DNA from: Octopus sinensis
Lineage: Eukaryota
Direction of reading: 5' to 3'
Length of the DNA stretch: 64,000 bases
NCBI RefSeq assembly: GCF_006345805.1
Contig: NC_042999.1
Location: 132,990,001-133,054,000 of the forward strand
Positions within the stretch are counted from its first letter, which is position 1. Each line of letters opens with the position of its first letter. The position numbers and the translations under genes were made by a program. Below are positions 11,054-23,479 of this stretch, in pieces. The notes below the pieces were generated by a model. It ran no database searches. It saw only the letters and a program-made list of their open reading frames with translations, and had not been told where the DNA came from.

Positions 11054-12715
11054 TAGCTAAAATCTAGTTTCTACCTAGTCTGAACCAATCAATCCGCCGC
11101 AGTCTTCATCCACACAGAGCTTACTCAACCATGTTCCAGTTCCAGCGACAGACGACCAGACCAGCCAGTCATGTTCCTGCTCCAGCCAATGACGACGCTA
11201 ACATACACCAGCAACGCCACCGACGCCTTCATCTCAACGTCGCCTTTCTCTGCCGTCGCCATCACCATCGTCGTCCTTCACCTTCACGTCGTCTCCATCT
11301 CCGTCGCCTTCATCTCCAGCAACACTAATATGTACATAACACTCATTCAGGTTTAGCTTTCACGCTGTTATGATTTTCACCGAGGTTAACAGCACAGCAC
11401 TACCTGCGAGATCTTCTGTACCAATGTAACCTGGCACAGCATTGAAGCCACAACCACTACACGACATGTGTTCAACCGGCATCTGCACTTGTGATCCGAA
11501 CATCCTGTTACAGAACGAACTGCTATTATGTACTTTACTACGAACTGGTAAATTAACTCCATCTTGTCTGAAATACCCTGAGAGACTTTTCCTATACGCT
11601 GTATTTTGTTTTGCCCGCATACACCTTGTTTGTACTTCTGTCGCACACACGAACACACATAGTTAATACACACGCAAATGCTATCTCTGTCACATTCATA
11701 CGCCACACATGCCTTTCTGTTTTCCATGCTCAATGTGCCCTTGTAAACACAACTCATCTCTGTAAGACCCTAGATCGGTCACGCATACATAGAGAAAGTT
11801 GTTTGTCCCTTACAACGCGCCAGCATGCCACACTTTTGTTCCTGCACGACCGAGGCATATAATAACTCAAGCACTGGCTGGCAATCTCAGCCTTACCGCA
11901 TTAATCACTGGGATATTCAATACTGTTGCACTCATGCACCTCTGTTCTGCACGTGTACTCCCTTGTTTTGCAACACGTCTGCGTCAGCTCAATTCTTCTC
12001 CCGATTCAAAGCACGTCGGATGTTCACATGCGCTGCGCTAATGTTTAGGCATAATTTCCCCCTGTTAGACCCCATGTTGGTCACGTAATTAACAGAGAAA
12101 ATTATCTGTCTCGCACCCAAGTTGCACTCAAAAAGTGTAAAGAAGCAACCAGTTCCCTTTGCGTAACTATCAAAAAGTATTAAAAAGTTTAATATACATA
12201 AATACAGATATATACACTTTGTATATATACATTATATATACATATTTATATATAGAACACACACACACACACATATATATAAACGCTCGTTGGTGTGTTC
12301 TGCTTGTATTTGGTCGATGGGTGCGTTGACAGGTAGACAATAGAATGCGGTGGCGATGGCGATGGAATATTTGTTTCTCTGTATGAATGCAGACAGATAC
12401 ATGAGTAAAAGTTATGGGAAGCTAAGAGATAGAGTGAGTGAAAATGTTCTTACGTTAAATAACGGGAGTTGATCTCTCAAAGTTATAAATGAAGGGGAGT
12501 TAGGGGGGAATGTAGGAAATAGCGTGAGTGAGGAAGATGGCCCCTAGCAACCACACCTTTTAAGATAGGGATTTCTAAGGTAGCCCACGGGCATCGTCAC
12601 CTCATTCTACATGTCCCTGTAAATTTTGGAGCGAATCGGACGGGACGTAGTGGCATTGAGAGCGATCCAAGCAGTAAAAACGCACTTCAGTTTTATAGAT
12701 ATATGCGAACACACA

Positions 12716-12759
<44 letters not shown>

Positions 12760-12968
12760 TATACATATACATATTTTAAATATAAATATATATATATACA
12801 TACATATGTAAAATTTATACATATATATATATATGTATATACATATATAAATGTATATGTATATATATACATATGCATATATATGTATATATGTATATAT
12901 GTATATATATATGTATGTTTATATATATATATATATATGCATATATGTATATATGTATATATATGTAT

Positions 12969-13011
<43 letters not shown>

Positions 13012-13095
13012 CATACATATATATATATATATACATACACATACATATACATACAAACACACGCAAACACACACACACATACATATATATATGAT
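12716..13095. repeat. (TA)n/(CA)n compound microsatellite
   Basis: Direct reading. Confidence 0.95.
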
Positions 13096-14582
13096 GAGAG
13101 AGAGTGGGGTAAGAGGGAATGCATTTATGCGTGTATGCAAAGAGGTGTGAGATGTATTAGAAATAATATTTTGATTCCTTGACAATGTTTACAAAGCTAA
13201 ATAATTGTGTAGATAACTGGAGTTGAAGGAGAGGATGTATAACTTCCTGGCATGCGTGTGAATATTAGTATGTGAGTGTATGTGTGTCTATGAATGTGTG
13301 AGAAAGTTAGCGTGAGTATGTTTATCTGTGCATGTATTTTTGTATGAGTGCTGAGTGCACGGCATTCCAGCGGTGATAGAGCACATATGTAATAATTGAG
13401 AAGGAACGTGTGCTGACCAGCCTTTTTCTTTTGCTTTATTTTTTTGTTCTTTTTAAAGTAAGTTCAATTGTCGCTAGTGTTGCAGAGGGACTAAAAACCT
13501 TGTGTGTATAATGGAAATAACAGCCCGAGTGGGACTTGTTGTGGGGGTTAGTAGTAAACATAGCGGAAAGGGTAAGAAGACATGTAGAAAAATATAATGC
13601 TGAGTGAAAGAGTAAATAGATGACATAGAAATGAATGAGAAGGAAATGAAATAAAGAGAAGAGGATGTGATAGACTTAGAACTATTCATGGATAAATAAA
13701 TCCTGAAAAATGTAGAGAAAATGAATATGAACAAAAAAATGGACGTATTTGTTTTTGTTTTTTTTTCTTTTTTTTGTTTATTTTTCTTGACAAATTTTAA
13801 GAAGGAGTAAGGCTGTGTTGGTACTGAGCACGTTTCATTTAAAAGTAAATTGTGGATGTACATTTAACACTAATTCGATAGAAAGGAGAGGACCATTGGG
13901 TGGATAATGAGAAATGATAGAACGTTAAATGATCCTCTACTGGAGAATTGTAATGTTCAAGAATGTGTGAATCTAAGAGAAAACATATTGTGAGGAAGTG
14001 AGTTCATTTCGGTGCACAATATTTAAAAGCTGGAGTTATGTGACTGTTCAGGAATTTGTTCTATAAATGCTCAAATAAGCGTGATGCAAGTCCTCATTAT
14101 ATGCACTTGTGTTGACTCGAGTTAAAAGCATGTTTTAATATCAAAATCAGTGTGGGGTTGTTTATTGAAAGGACTGAGAAGTGCAAGATATAAATTAAAA
14201 AGCAAAAAAAAGTAATAAATAAGAAGCAAATAAAGCGAGGAATTCAAGTGAACATAACACTTTAGTGTAAAGAACATTATAAAACCTGCTCACAGAATTT
14301 CATGAAGTGCCGTCTATAAACAGAAAGAGAATCTAAATACGTTGTTTTTGCTTTTATTAATTTATTCTTTTGCTATTTATGCTGGTTTTACTCATTGGAC
14401 AGCGGTCATGATGGGACTGCCTCAACAAATATTGGTTTAGTTTGGTAGTCATTTCATCGGTCTCTATTGAGTTTAATTCAGCTGAGTCCCTGTTCAGGGA
14501 ATTACAAGCTCAACGGTGTATGTACTACAAGAAATGTATACTCATACAAGTATACCCATACATGTGTGTGTGTGTATGGATA

Positions 14583-14632
<50 letters not shown>

Positions 14633-14885
14633 TAAATAAATATAGGGATGGTATCACAAGTGGTAAGCGAATTATCAGCCGTACAGGCAAATTAATAAAA
14701 TATATACATACAATATTAGATATGTGCATATATACACAAGGGTACTACATGAGTACTTATGTCGCTAATGATAGAAGTCAAAAAATACTTCTGTGCCACT
14801 GAATAGTCACAAATCTACTACAGACAAGATAGGAAAAATATCAGTGAACAATAATAATGTCTTACCTCAAATGGGTTAGAACAAG

Positions 14886-14975
<90 letters not shown>

Positions 14976-15176
14976 TATACATCTATATATGTGTGCATGG
15001 ATATGCATGTATGTATGTATATACATATATGTGCGTGTGTAGGTTGATACTCACACATACACATACACTCACGCACACATACGTAGGCGCAGGCGTGGCA
15101 GTATGACAAGATGCTTGATTCCCAACCACATGGTTCCGGACTCAGTCCCATTGAGTGACGACTTGAAGAAATAAGC

Positions 15177-15522
15177 ATAGCTCAGCGGTTAGAGCGCCGA
15201 ACTTACGACCGTGAAGTTGGATGTTCGAATCCCGGACCGGGCTGCGTGTTGTGTTCTTGAGCAAGACCCTTTATTTCCCATTGCTCCAGTTCACTTGGCT
15301 GTAGAAATGAGTTGCGACGTCACTTAAACTCAAGCTGTATCGGCGTTTGCCTTTGCCTTGGATAACATCGGTAGCGTGGAGAAGGGAGTCTGGTATACAT
15401 GGGCGACTGCTGGTCTTCCGTAAACAACCTTACCCGGACTTGTGCCTGGGAGGGTAACTTTCTAGGTGCAATTCCATGGTCATTTGTGACCGAAGGGGTC
15501 TCCGATCCCTCCATAAGCACTA
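15177..15522 (+). mobile_element. SINE family D
   Basis: TAGCTCAGCGGTTAGAGC A-box, GTTCGAATCCC B-box, TGTGTTCTTGAGCAAGAC segment; homologous to 58178-58502 (-). Confidence 0.85.
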
Positions 15523-15829
15523 AATTGCATCAAACAGTATCTCTCAAGAAACTGGATTGCTACGATAAGAAAATAAAAACCGTCTTCTCCTATTTCCACT
15601 TCCATTCACACCTAAACAAAACCCATACATTGGCCGATATGACGCTGTCCACTGAACCACTATTTTACTCGTAGTTTGTTTAATCTTTCCATCTATCCCT
15701 TTTTTGCATCCACTATTCCTGAGGGAGTCATGGGAGTAGAGTCCTCAGGCATCTGCCCCATAGGTTTCTATAAGAAGCGATCGTCATTAAACTTCTCCAA
15801 TTCCCAAACCTTAACGGTTGTGGAGGCTC

Positions 15830-16075
15830 GTGTCCTAGTAGTTAGAAGTGTTGGACTCACGATTCTAATATTGTAGTTTCGATTCCTGGACCGAGCGACG
15901 AGATGTGTTCTTGAGCAAAACATTTCATTGCACGTTGCTCCAGTCCACTCAGCTGGCAAAAACGAGTAATCCTGCGACAGACTGGCGTCTCGTCCAAGTG
16001 GGAAATATATACGCCATTGAAACCGGGAAACCGGCCCCTATCAGTAGGCATGACTCGGGAAGGAAGCTTTTCAGT
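15830..16075 (+). mobile_element. SINE with D/E-like head and the tail also seen at 46031
   Basis: GTTTCGATTCC B-box, TGTGTTCTTGAGCAAAAC; tail CCTGCGACAGACTGGCGTCTCGT...GAAACCGGGAAACCGGCCC. Confidence 0.75.
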
Positions 16076-18374
16076 CCTTAACGGTTGCTCCCCGCTGGAC
16101 ACCGTTCGTAGTCCTGGGACACACATCATTTGTGAACCTACCCTATGCCTCTCAAAGCAAGTTGTACGTTTATTGACCTTTCTACCGGCATTAGGCGGAG
16201 ACTGCAATGCATTTTTCGAACGAACTCCACCACCTATGGTCCGAACGCGTCGCTTGTTAACCTACGCGACAAACTATGCGGTATGGTTGTTCATGTGAAC
16301 CTCTTTCCCTTGGTGGTCCTATTCGCGCCAATCACTAAACTGTTTTTTATAGTTCTCTTCAATTTGAATAAAATGATGATCATGATAATCATGATGATCG
16401 TGATGACCATGATGATGGGGAGGATGTGTTCGATGTTGATTCAGAGATTCTGGAAGTAGTTGCACATCTCCATCTGGGAGGTCATGTCATAAAAATAAGC
16501 TGTCATTTCTCTTCTGACCCTGACAAACAACACACCCATAAAATACTTTAGATGTTTACAAATATTTATAATTTTTTTAATTAAATTTACAGCGTTTTTA
16601 TTTAGAATATTTAATGTCGCAGCTTCTAAACACAAGATCGTATTATTTGATTTAATATGGAATTTCCTAATCCCAGGGTGTTTAAAATATGCACTGTAAA
16701 TATACATATATTAGCTTCTACACATAATCTATGCTTCATTTCTATCCTAAATATGCTGAAAGATATAATGTATAACATGAATTTATGCGCTCGAATACAA
16801 ACATACGCTAATATATACATATACATATTCACCCTCTCACTGTACATTTATACACACACATATATATAGATATATACATTCAAGTGTGTGTGGGTGTTAT
16901 GTATATTTGTGTATGCTGACAAAAGGTGAAGTGGAGGAGACAGAAAGTGAATGAATCCACTGGGCCACCCTAAATTCTTTATTACTCTCAGTTGTCTGCC
17001 TCTATGGGTTTTGAATCTCTGAGGGAATATTTATGTTATCTTGAACGTGATAGCTAAATCAAAACACAAACCAACATAACATGGTACACTAGCATTGCAG
17101 AATTCCAAAACAGCTAATCTCACAAGCTTCGAAAACCATGTGGTTCTATACTATATCTTTTAGCATGGCTGCTAAGTTGAAATCATCCAAAAAAACTTTA
17201 AAGCCGAAGATTCTTCAAGTCATTAACTGTTGAAGTAAAATCACGTCACGCTGTAGATATTCTTTAAGAATAGTTAAAATATAACCCTCCTGTGTCAGGC
17301 TGAAGCTTCAACAAAAATTTAAACGTGATATCTAAATAAACCACAGATATTAAAAGTGATGTTCCAATAACGATAGAATCATCACTTCTAGAATCAAATA
17401 AAAATGTCACTTGACCTAAATCACGATGGAGAAAATAAAATACAAAAAAAAAACCAAAGGTAAACTAAAAACAATTTTCAGCGAGCCTTAAAAGCATTTC
17501 TCTCGCATAGTATTTTTGATAGCAAAAATAAAGCCAAGCTCTGCTATAGCATGGCATATTTCTATATAGCAGGGTATATTTCTGCTATAGCATGGCTTTT
17601 GACATAACGGCTAAAAGGAATCTAAAGGTGGTGACCCAGAATATTCAGAAACCTGATGGCTAAATCAAATTAAAATGAATCTAACTATAGTGTTCTAGCA
17701 AAGCCTAAACTGTGATGCCTAAATGGCCAAAAAATACCGAACGTTGGTGTTCCAGTATAGCTTTAAACGTGATACTTATATCAAGTCAAACACAACTGAA
17801 GATGGTCTTGAGCATCGTTTAACACTAACAGGTAAATCAAAGGACTTTATGGAGTTAGGTCAACGTAGCCTTACTTGTAAAAGCTAAAAATACAAATGAT
17901 ATGAATAGATATTGTTACAACAGTGCCTAAACCAGTGATGGCAAGGAGAACCTCCAAACCTAGTGATACAACTTCAGAATGGATTTAAAACTGATCGCGA
18001 AAAATTTTGATAGAAAGAAATCATAAATATGTAGTTCGTTCATCTATTTAACCGTGATAGGTAAAACAAACACAGTGTGGTGATGATGATGCTTGGTTCG
18101 AATGAAAATAAGAATTCAACCGTGATGGAGCTGGTGCTGGTGTAATTGCTCAATAAACATCTTAGAGGCAAACAATCATACAGAGAAAGGCAAGTTGACT
18201 GATTAGCGTAAAGTCACTCACAGACATTCTTCAACCTCACTTTCTCTCTCTCTTCATATATATATATATATATATCAGTAATAATGTAGGGAGAAATTAA
18301 TAATTTAGAATAATCATTAATTTCACCATGTAGATTTCGGCATGTAAAAGCCCCATTTGAGGAAAGTTTAAGTA

Positions 18375-18541
18375 ATACTAAGTAATTAAGGGTTTAGCAA
18401 CGATTTGCCTCACCACACACCGAATTTAGAAATAGCAGTCAAACTACTAGTAGAAAGGAATAGCTATAACTCTTTGACTGCTATTTCTAAATTCGGTGTG
18501 TGGTGAGGCAAATCGTTGCTAAACCCTTAATTACTTAGTAT
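18375..18541. repeat. Perfect inverted repeat, 69-bp arms and 29-nt spacer
   Basis: 18375-18443 is the exact reverse complement of 18473-18541. Confidence 0.97.
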
Positions 18542-18589
18542 ATATATATATTATATATATATATTCATTTATTATTTTATTCATTTACT

Positions 18590-18830
18590 TGTGTCTGTCA
18601 TTTGACTGCGGCCATGCTGGAGTACCGCCTTTAGTTGATTAAATCGACTTATTCAGAACTTATTCAGTTTTTGTAAGCCTAGTACTTATTTTATCGATCT
18701 GTTTTGTCGAACCGCTAGGTTATGGGGACGTAAACACACCAGCATCGTTTTTCAAGTGACGTTGGGGGACTAAGACGCACAAACACACACTCAGACACAC
18801 ACAAACACACACACACACACACACACACTA
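18590..18830 (-). mobile_element. SINE family C, 3' arm
   Basis: TCATTTGACTGCGGCCATGCTGGAG...CGAACCGCTA followed by (CA)n. Confidence 0.8.
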
Positions 18831-19009
18831 TAAAAAATAGTGTACATTTAAACACAAAGAGAAATTACCTATAACAGGCAATTTCTACACGCTAGGAGAC
18901 AGTCAAAACGACCGAAAACCACAAAAATTTAAGTAATTTCAAAGGAAATGAATGTTTATAGATAGATTTCGGGGCAGTTTTGTACCGCTCTCACATGTCA
19001 AATGTCCCC

Positions 19010-20712
19010 GGTGTTTTGGTACAGCATCAAATGTTGCGCGATTTCTTGAAAAAAATATGACGAATTGGAGGACGGAACTGACAGCATATAAAAGAAGTTT
19101 AGGAACAATTGAAATCAGTAGAGGCATTTTCTAAGGGGACTGCCTGTCCCCACTCACCTTTGTATTGGGCATGATACCACTGACACTGATTCTGATGAAA
19201 GCAAAGGCTGGATGTGCATTCAAAAGCCGCCAACAAAAAGTCAATCACTTGTTATTCATGGATGACATTAAACTTTATGGTAAAGATGAATCCCAAGTCA
19301 GTTCCTTCGTTGATGAGGTGTATACTTTCGTTACTGATATCAGAATGGAGTTCGGACTGAAAAAGCGTGGAGTATTAGTCTTGAAGTGAGGCAAAATTAA
19401 ATGTATGGACGGGTTAGCGATACCGTCGGGATAGGTTATAAAGCAGATAGAAGAGACAGGCTATAAGTACTTGGGGGTTTTAGAAATGGATAAATTGATG
19501 GAGAAAGAAATGACTGAAAAAATCAAGATGGGGTACTTGCGCAGACTGAGACTGGTTCTTAAATCGAAATTAAACAAACAGAATAAGATTGAAGCTATCA
19601 ACACGTGGGCGGTTTCACTCCTTAAATATCGAACAGGGGTAATCGCATGGGCAGTAGACGAATTAAAGAGCTTAGACAGAAAGACAAAGAAGTTACTGAC
19701 TAGATATGGGATACTCCACCCAAAAAGTGACGCAGACAGACTGTATGTACCAAGAAAAGAGGCGTAAGAGAACTGATTGGATATGAACACAGCATTAGAA
19801 CAGAAGAAACAACATAGCATGGTATGTAAAATATGCCACAGAACCACTATTATTGGAAGTAAGAAGTTCAGGCTTGTTTAGGATGGAAGATTGCCACTTG
19901 AGAATAAATGAAACTGAAAATAGGTGCATAAAGAAAAGAATTCATGGACAATTCCATAGGGATGTTGAAGATAAGACAGACAGAGAAAAAAGATGGCTGT
20001 GGATGACTAAAAAGGATTTAAATCCGGCAATGGAGGGTCTAATCTGTGCTGTCCAAGAGCAAATATTAAGAACCATTTACATCAAATACAGAATAGGCAA
20101 CACATCAGAAAGTGATAAGTGCAGAATTTGTGGACAGAATGGTGAAACGGTGTGGCATATTACCAGTCAATGTACGCCACTAGCTCAGGAAGAATATAAG
20201 AGACGTCATGGCAACATAGCAAGGATTTCCATTGGGCACCTTGAAACAAGTATGGACTTGGCAGAGCAAAAACTTGGTACGAACATCAAACCGAAGGCAT
20301 CATCGAAAATGAAAATGCAATGATCCTATGGGATTTTCTGATTCAGTGCGACCATGAGACAGAGAATAGGAAGACAGACATAGTGTTAAATGAGAAAGAA
20401 ATCAAACGATGCTGGATCATAGATATAGCATGCCCAACTGACAACAAGGTATGCGATAAGGAAGAAAGAAAAGTCGATAGATATGACATGCTAGCTTGGG
20501 AGGTTAAGCAGTTGTGGTCGCTGAAAAAAGTTGCAGAAGTACCAGTAATTGTCGGGGCCTTTTGAGAAGTACATGGAACAGATAGGGGCTGCAATAAGTG
20601 TGGAGCACTTGCAGAAAACCACACTGCTTGGAACCGCTTGAATACTCCGGATGGTGCTGGAAAAATAAGGAGTGTTACCTTAGTTCACTGATAGGGAACA
20701 ACTGACACCGTA
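19010..20712 (+). mobile_element. R4/Dong-clade RLE non-LTR retrotransposon, 5' truncated, degenerate (RT + CCHC + RLE)
   Basis: SRGIF*GDCLSPL, HLLFMDDIKLY (RT), HPKSDADRLY, CRICGQNGETVWHITSQC, RRHG, and RKTDIVL...IDIACP (RLE); several stops and frameshifts. Confidence 0.9.
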
Positions 20713-20761
20713 GAACATTTATATATTTAAGAGATGAGGAATTATGTACATTATTTACATT

Positions 20762-21240
20762 TGAAGAAGAAGAAGAAGAAGAAGGGGAAGAAGTGGAAGA
20801 AGTGGAAGAAAAAGAGGAAGAAGAAGAAGAAGAAGTTGAAGGAGAAGAATGAGGAGGAGGAAGAAGAAGAAGAAGAAGGGGGAGGAGGAGGAAGAAGATG
20901 AGGGGGAGGAGGAGAAGAAGAAGAAGAAAAAGAAGGAGGAGGAGGAGAAGAAGAAGAAGAAGAAGAAGAAGAAAAAGAGGAAGAAGAAGAAGAAGAAGAA
21001 GTTGAAGGAGAAGAATGAGGAGGAGGAAGAAGAAGAAGAAGGGGGGACGAAGAAGATGAGGGGAGGAGGAGAAGAAGAGGAAGAAAAAGAAGGAGGAGGA
21101 GGAGGAGAAGAAGAAGAAGAAGGGGGAGGATGAGGAAGAAGATGAGGGGGAGGAGGAGAAGAAGAAGAAGAAAAAGAAGGAAGGAGGAGGAGAAGAAGAA
21201 GAAGAAGAAGGAGAAGAAGAAGAAAGGAGAGGAGAGGAGA
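20762..21240. repeat. (GAA)n/(GGA)n polypurine tract with internal duplication
   Basis: GTTGAAGGAGAAGAATGAGG occurs at 20835 and 21001. Confidence 0.9.
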
Positions 21241-22298
21241 AAAAGAAGCTAATGGCGATGATGATGATGATAATGCATTGTTTTATTGGCCACAATAATA
21301 ATAGCAACAAGAACAAAAGGCAAGAAAATTAAATAAGACAAAGAATCATGTTCTAAAATAGATTTGATGAACGTTCACTAAAGCGAGTGAGAGCGAGAAG
21401 AAGAGGACGAGAGAGAGAGAGAGAAAGAATGTGTGTAAGAGATTATTGGAAAGTATAAGATGAAATGAAAAAGGGGAAAGAATAAGAAATCAGGAGAGGA
21501 AAAAGAAGAGAAGGAGCAGGTGAAGGAGATAAACTGGAGATGGTAAGGCAGAGGTAATAAGAATTGTATGAGTGTATGCGAGTGTAAGAGAGATAGAGAT
21601 AGTTGGATAGAGATAGAGAGGGAGAGATAAAGATAGAAATAGAGAGAGAGAAAGAATTCAGGTGATAGAAAGAAAAGACATGAGAAATAAATAGAAGACA
21701 AGTGTAGGAGAGAAAGAGAGAAAGAGAGAGGGAGAGAGAGAGAAACACGCAGAGATACCGACAGAGACAGGAAGAGAGTGAGAGAGAAGAGAGATCGAGA
21801 AATCGTGACAGGAAAAGAGAGAGGGAGATTGGGTGTGCGAGAAAGGAGATGTCAGTGTGTTCAGCTGTCGTGATTACAGACGCCATTACTGTTCTGATCA
21901 AAAACCTGCTGTATAAAAGCGACATCCATCAAAACACACAAGTTAGCAGCCGGATATGCAAATCACTGTCGTGTCTACTGGCTGAATGAACAAATGCTCT
22001 GACGGCCGCTTCAAGGTGGCGTTTGTGGTCGATTTGAACTGGTCAAGCGGAACAAGTCGAGAACAAAAATGACAGTAGTTATCAAGCGATAAAATCTAAT
22101 TCCGTACAAAGCTGTCATGACAGGTAGAGAAGAGTGAGGGCTAGCCAAGGATGACTGGTCTTAGAGTGGTTTAGATCCACCGGGAACAACGTCAGGACCA
22201 TTATAGCACTATAGAGGAAATGGCGGGAGAGATGAAGTGGAGATTAAGAGAGGAAAAAAGAGGAACATGTGAAAGAGAGAAAGAAACAGAGACAGAAG

Positions 22299-22355
<57 letters not shown>

Positions 22356-22357
22356 CT

Positions 22358-22417
<60 letters not shown>

Positions 22418-22964
22418 GGAGAGAGAGAAAGAGGAGGGAAAGAAATGGAAATAGTAAGAAAAGAAATGAAATGGTGGGTGATAAATCGAACAGAATTCCT
22501 TCCTTACACAAGTTATTATAATATTTAGTTAGTTTATCAAGAGAATTGAATGTCCATGTGTTGTTATGACTGTTCTTCCTAAAGTCATAAAATTTCTGGT
22601 CACTTTCTGCATAATATTAGCCATATTAAACCGTGTGTGTGTGTGTGTGTGTGTGTGTGCACGCGTGTGTGTACATATGCACACACAAACATAAATACGC
22701 AGAATACATTCAAACGTACGTACATACACGGACGTACCCGCGCGCACACACAAACATGCACATGCATATATGCATACGCAAGCTCACATGCACGCTGGCG
22801 CGCACATACACGTACGCAATAGAGTCTAAATCAGACAAAAGGAAGGCAGCTCCGATAACCGACAGAGTCGACATGCATTGACAAGGTTTCAAAAGCAACG
22901 AACATTTTTGGAAGACACACAAATGAGTCGGAATTGAACCGGTGAGTGTGTTAGATATTGTTTT

Positions 22965-23358
22965 CTACTCTAGGCACAAGGCCCGAAATTTTTGAGGAAG
23001 GGTCCAGTCGATTAGATGGACCCCAGTACGTAACTTGTTCTTAATTCATCGACCCCCGAAAGGATGAAAAGCAAAGCCGACCTCGGTGGAATTTGAACTC
23101 AGAACGTAAATACAGACGGAATACCTATTTCTTTACTACTCACAAGGGGTTAAACACAGAGGAGACAAACAAGGACAGACAAAGAGATTAAGTCGATTAC
23201 ATCGACCCCAGTGCATAACTGGTACTTAATTTATCGACCCCGAAAGGATGAAAGGCAAAGTCGACCTCAGCGGAATTTGAACCCAGAACGTAGCAGCAGA
23301 CGAAATACCGCTAAGCGTTACCGCGCGGCGTGCTAACATTTCTACCAGCTCGCCGCCT
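22965..23358 (-). mobile_element. SINE family A, dimeric form
   Basis: Reverse complement of the 7282-7648 structure. Confidence 0.9.
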
Positions 23359-23479
23359 TAATAGGTATTAGATATTAAGGTAATATGATTCTCCCCAGAC
23401 ACAACAAAATATTCTTTCACTTGTTTCATGTATATGGGCGCGCACACGCAAATACACATGCATACATCTATATGCGCAC

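Larger units (their letters stand above)
9690..12699 (-). mobile_element. Non-autonomous Helitron (about 3.0 kb)
   Basis: Minus strand starts A|TCTATAAAAC (TC at 12699-12698) and ends with hairpin ACCCGC...GCGGGT (9703-9721), 9 nt, then CTAG|T (9693-9690): canonical TC...CTAG termini inserted between A and T. Confidence 0.75.

Noticed and set aside
11360-11656. 98-aa minus ORF as a captured host exon or Helitron helicase
   Set aside because: No recognisable domain; the helicase-like similarity is short and needs a frameshift, so it is kept only as a note under the Helitron finding.
13470-14330. Strand-asymmetric stretch suspected to be a LINE remnant
   Set aside because: No diagnostic RT or endonuclease motif could be read with confidence.
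14765-14797. CTAATGA-T-AGAAGT/ACTTCT hairpin resembling an HHR stem II
   Set aside because: The core is mutated and no GAAA follows; at most an unrecognisable relic.
15177-15245. tRNA gene (also heads at 41481, 46031, 59465)
   Set aside because: A and B boxes are present, but acceptor/anticodon stems do not close and each continues into a SINE body.
18892-18921. CTAGGAGAC-AGTC/GACC-GAAA hammerhead-like motif
   Set aside because: Needs several changes in the core and stem II; stems I and III are not supported.
21912-21919. TATAAAAG as a TATA-box promoter
   Set aside because: No convincing initiator or downstream exon; expected by chance.
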